Of a stretch of 64,000 nucleotides of DNA, positions 63,281 to 64,000 are shown piece after piece. Each line of letters starts with the position of its first letter. Position 1 is the stretch's first letter. Under the pieces are notes generated by a model that was not told the DNA's origin, searched no databases, and saw nothing but the letters and a program-made list of their open reading frames with translations. The position numbers were made by a program, and so were the translations under genes. Where the stretch lies: contig NC_042997.1 of assembly GCF_006345805.1 (NCBI RefSeq), positions 49,786,001-49,850,000 of the forward strand, in the 5' to 3' direction. The DNA comes from Octopus sinensis (taxonomy: Eukaryota).

Positions 63281-63552
63281 TTAGGGTTCAGCAACGATTT
63301 GCTTCGCCACATACTGAAGTTTAGAAATAGCAGTCAAAAAATCTTAGCTATTCCTTCTACTTTAAAGGAGTCCCCAGAAAAACCAAAGCACCTGAAAACA
63401 AACCACGCAGGCAAAAGGGGAAAAAATGACGAAAATCATTCTATATTAGGATACCCACGGACGTACGTTTCGGAATTAGTCAGTATAAAGCATAAATAAT
63501 AAATAATTATACCTTACCCGACTATTTTCGACTCTTCAGCGTAGGATTCCTC

Positions 63553-63560
<8 letters not shown>
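63281..63560 (-). mobile_element. Short (TA)n-flanked hammerhead element, second copy of the 23378 family
   Basis: Colinear with 23385-23660. Confidence 0.75.
63448..63551 (-). ncRNA. Type I hammerhead ribozyme motif
   Basis: Reverse complement: agga at cctacg CTGAAGA g...c GAAA cgtacg TC cgtggg ta tcct. Confidence 0.82.
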
Positions 63561-63597
<37 letters not shown>

Positions 63598-63604
63598 CAT
63601 ATAA

Positions 63605-63636
<32 letters not shown>

Positions 63637-64000
63637 AAATAATTTGTAATTTTAATCTCCAAGGATCTACGTGTACTAAGTAATATGTTTCGAACAGTCC
63701 GTAGAAGATATATGAAGCAACTTCCAGGAACAATAATAGTTTCTTGACGTAGAAGGTTGTAGGTTTTCTCATATCTAAGTTTGATAAGTTGCAAAAAGTT
63801 TTTCTATTGTTCACGTTTAGCAGCTAGGGTTGCTATGAATGCAAATAAAAATCCAAATTGAGCAAATGGAGCAGCTGTTTCTTATTCAGCAGATCTTCGA
63901 AAGTAGTGTGTGTGTATGTGTGTGCGTATGTGTGTGTGTGTGTGTGTAAGAGCATCATGTAGTAATTAAGATATATGTGTTCGTAGAAAAATCGCAAATT

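Noticed and set aside
63665-63760. - strand GAAACATATTA string near the 63448 hammerhead
   Set aside because: Palindrome broken and no core or stem I in register.
1-64000. CRISPR arrays, rRNA genes, operon-type promoters or terminators
   Set aside because: Eukaryotic repeat-rich DNA; none seen.

Overview
A 64-kb AT-rich, repeat-saturated metazoan genomic window with no convincing intact host gene. The tRNA-derived SINE families, huge (TA)n/(CA)n/(TACA)n/(GATA)n microsatellites and the Dong/R4, RTE, CR1 and Penelope-like retroelement mix point to a cephalopod, most likely Octopus (inference from repeat content, not database-verified). Nearly all ORFs in the supplied track are microsatellite artefacts. 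The real coding remnants are mariner, maT/Tc1-like and Tigger transposases, a Dong/R4 restriction-like endonuclease, RTE and CR1 reverse-transcriptase fragments, and a Penelope-like (PLE) RT ORF. Non-autonomous DNA elements include pogo/Tigger, mariner and hAT MITEs and Helitrons. The most notable hidden signal is about ten type I hammerhead-ribozyme motifs with short palindromic stem III, carried by several unrelated short elements that abut (TA)n or other dinucleotide tracts. They include compensatory covariation between two copies, a U3-A8 core variant and recurrent U4C (CCGA) core variants. Other points of interest: a SINE-LINE shared 3' stem-loop, SINE head-body-body multimers, a double-5'-end mariner, nested insertions with TSDs, and two weak candidate host exons. 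All folds and alignments were done by eye.
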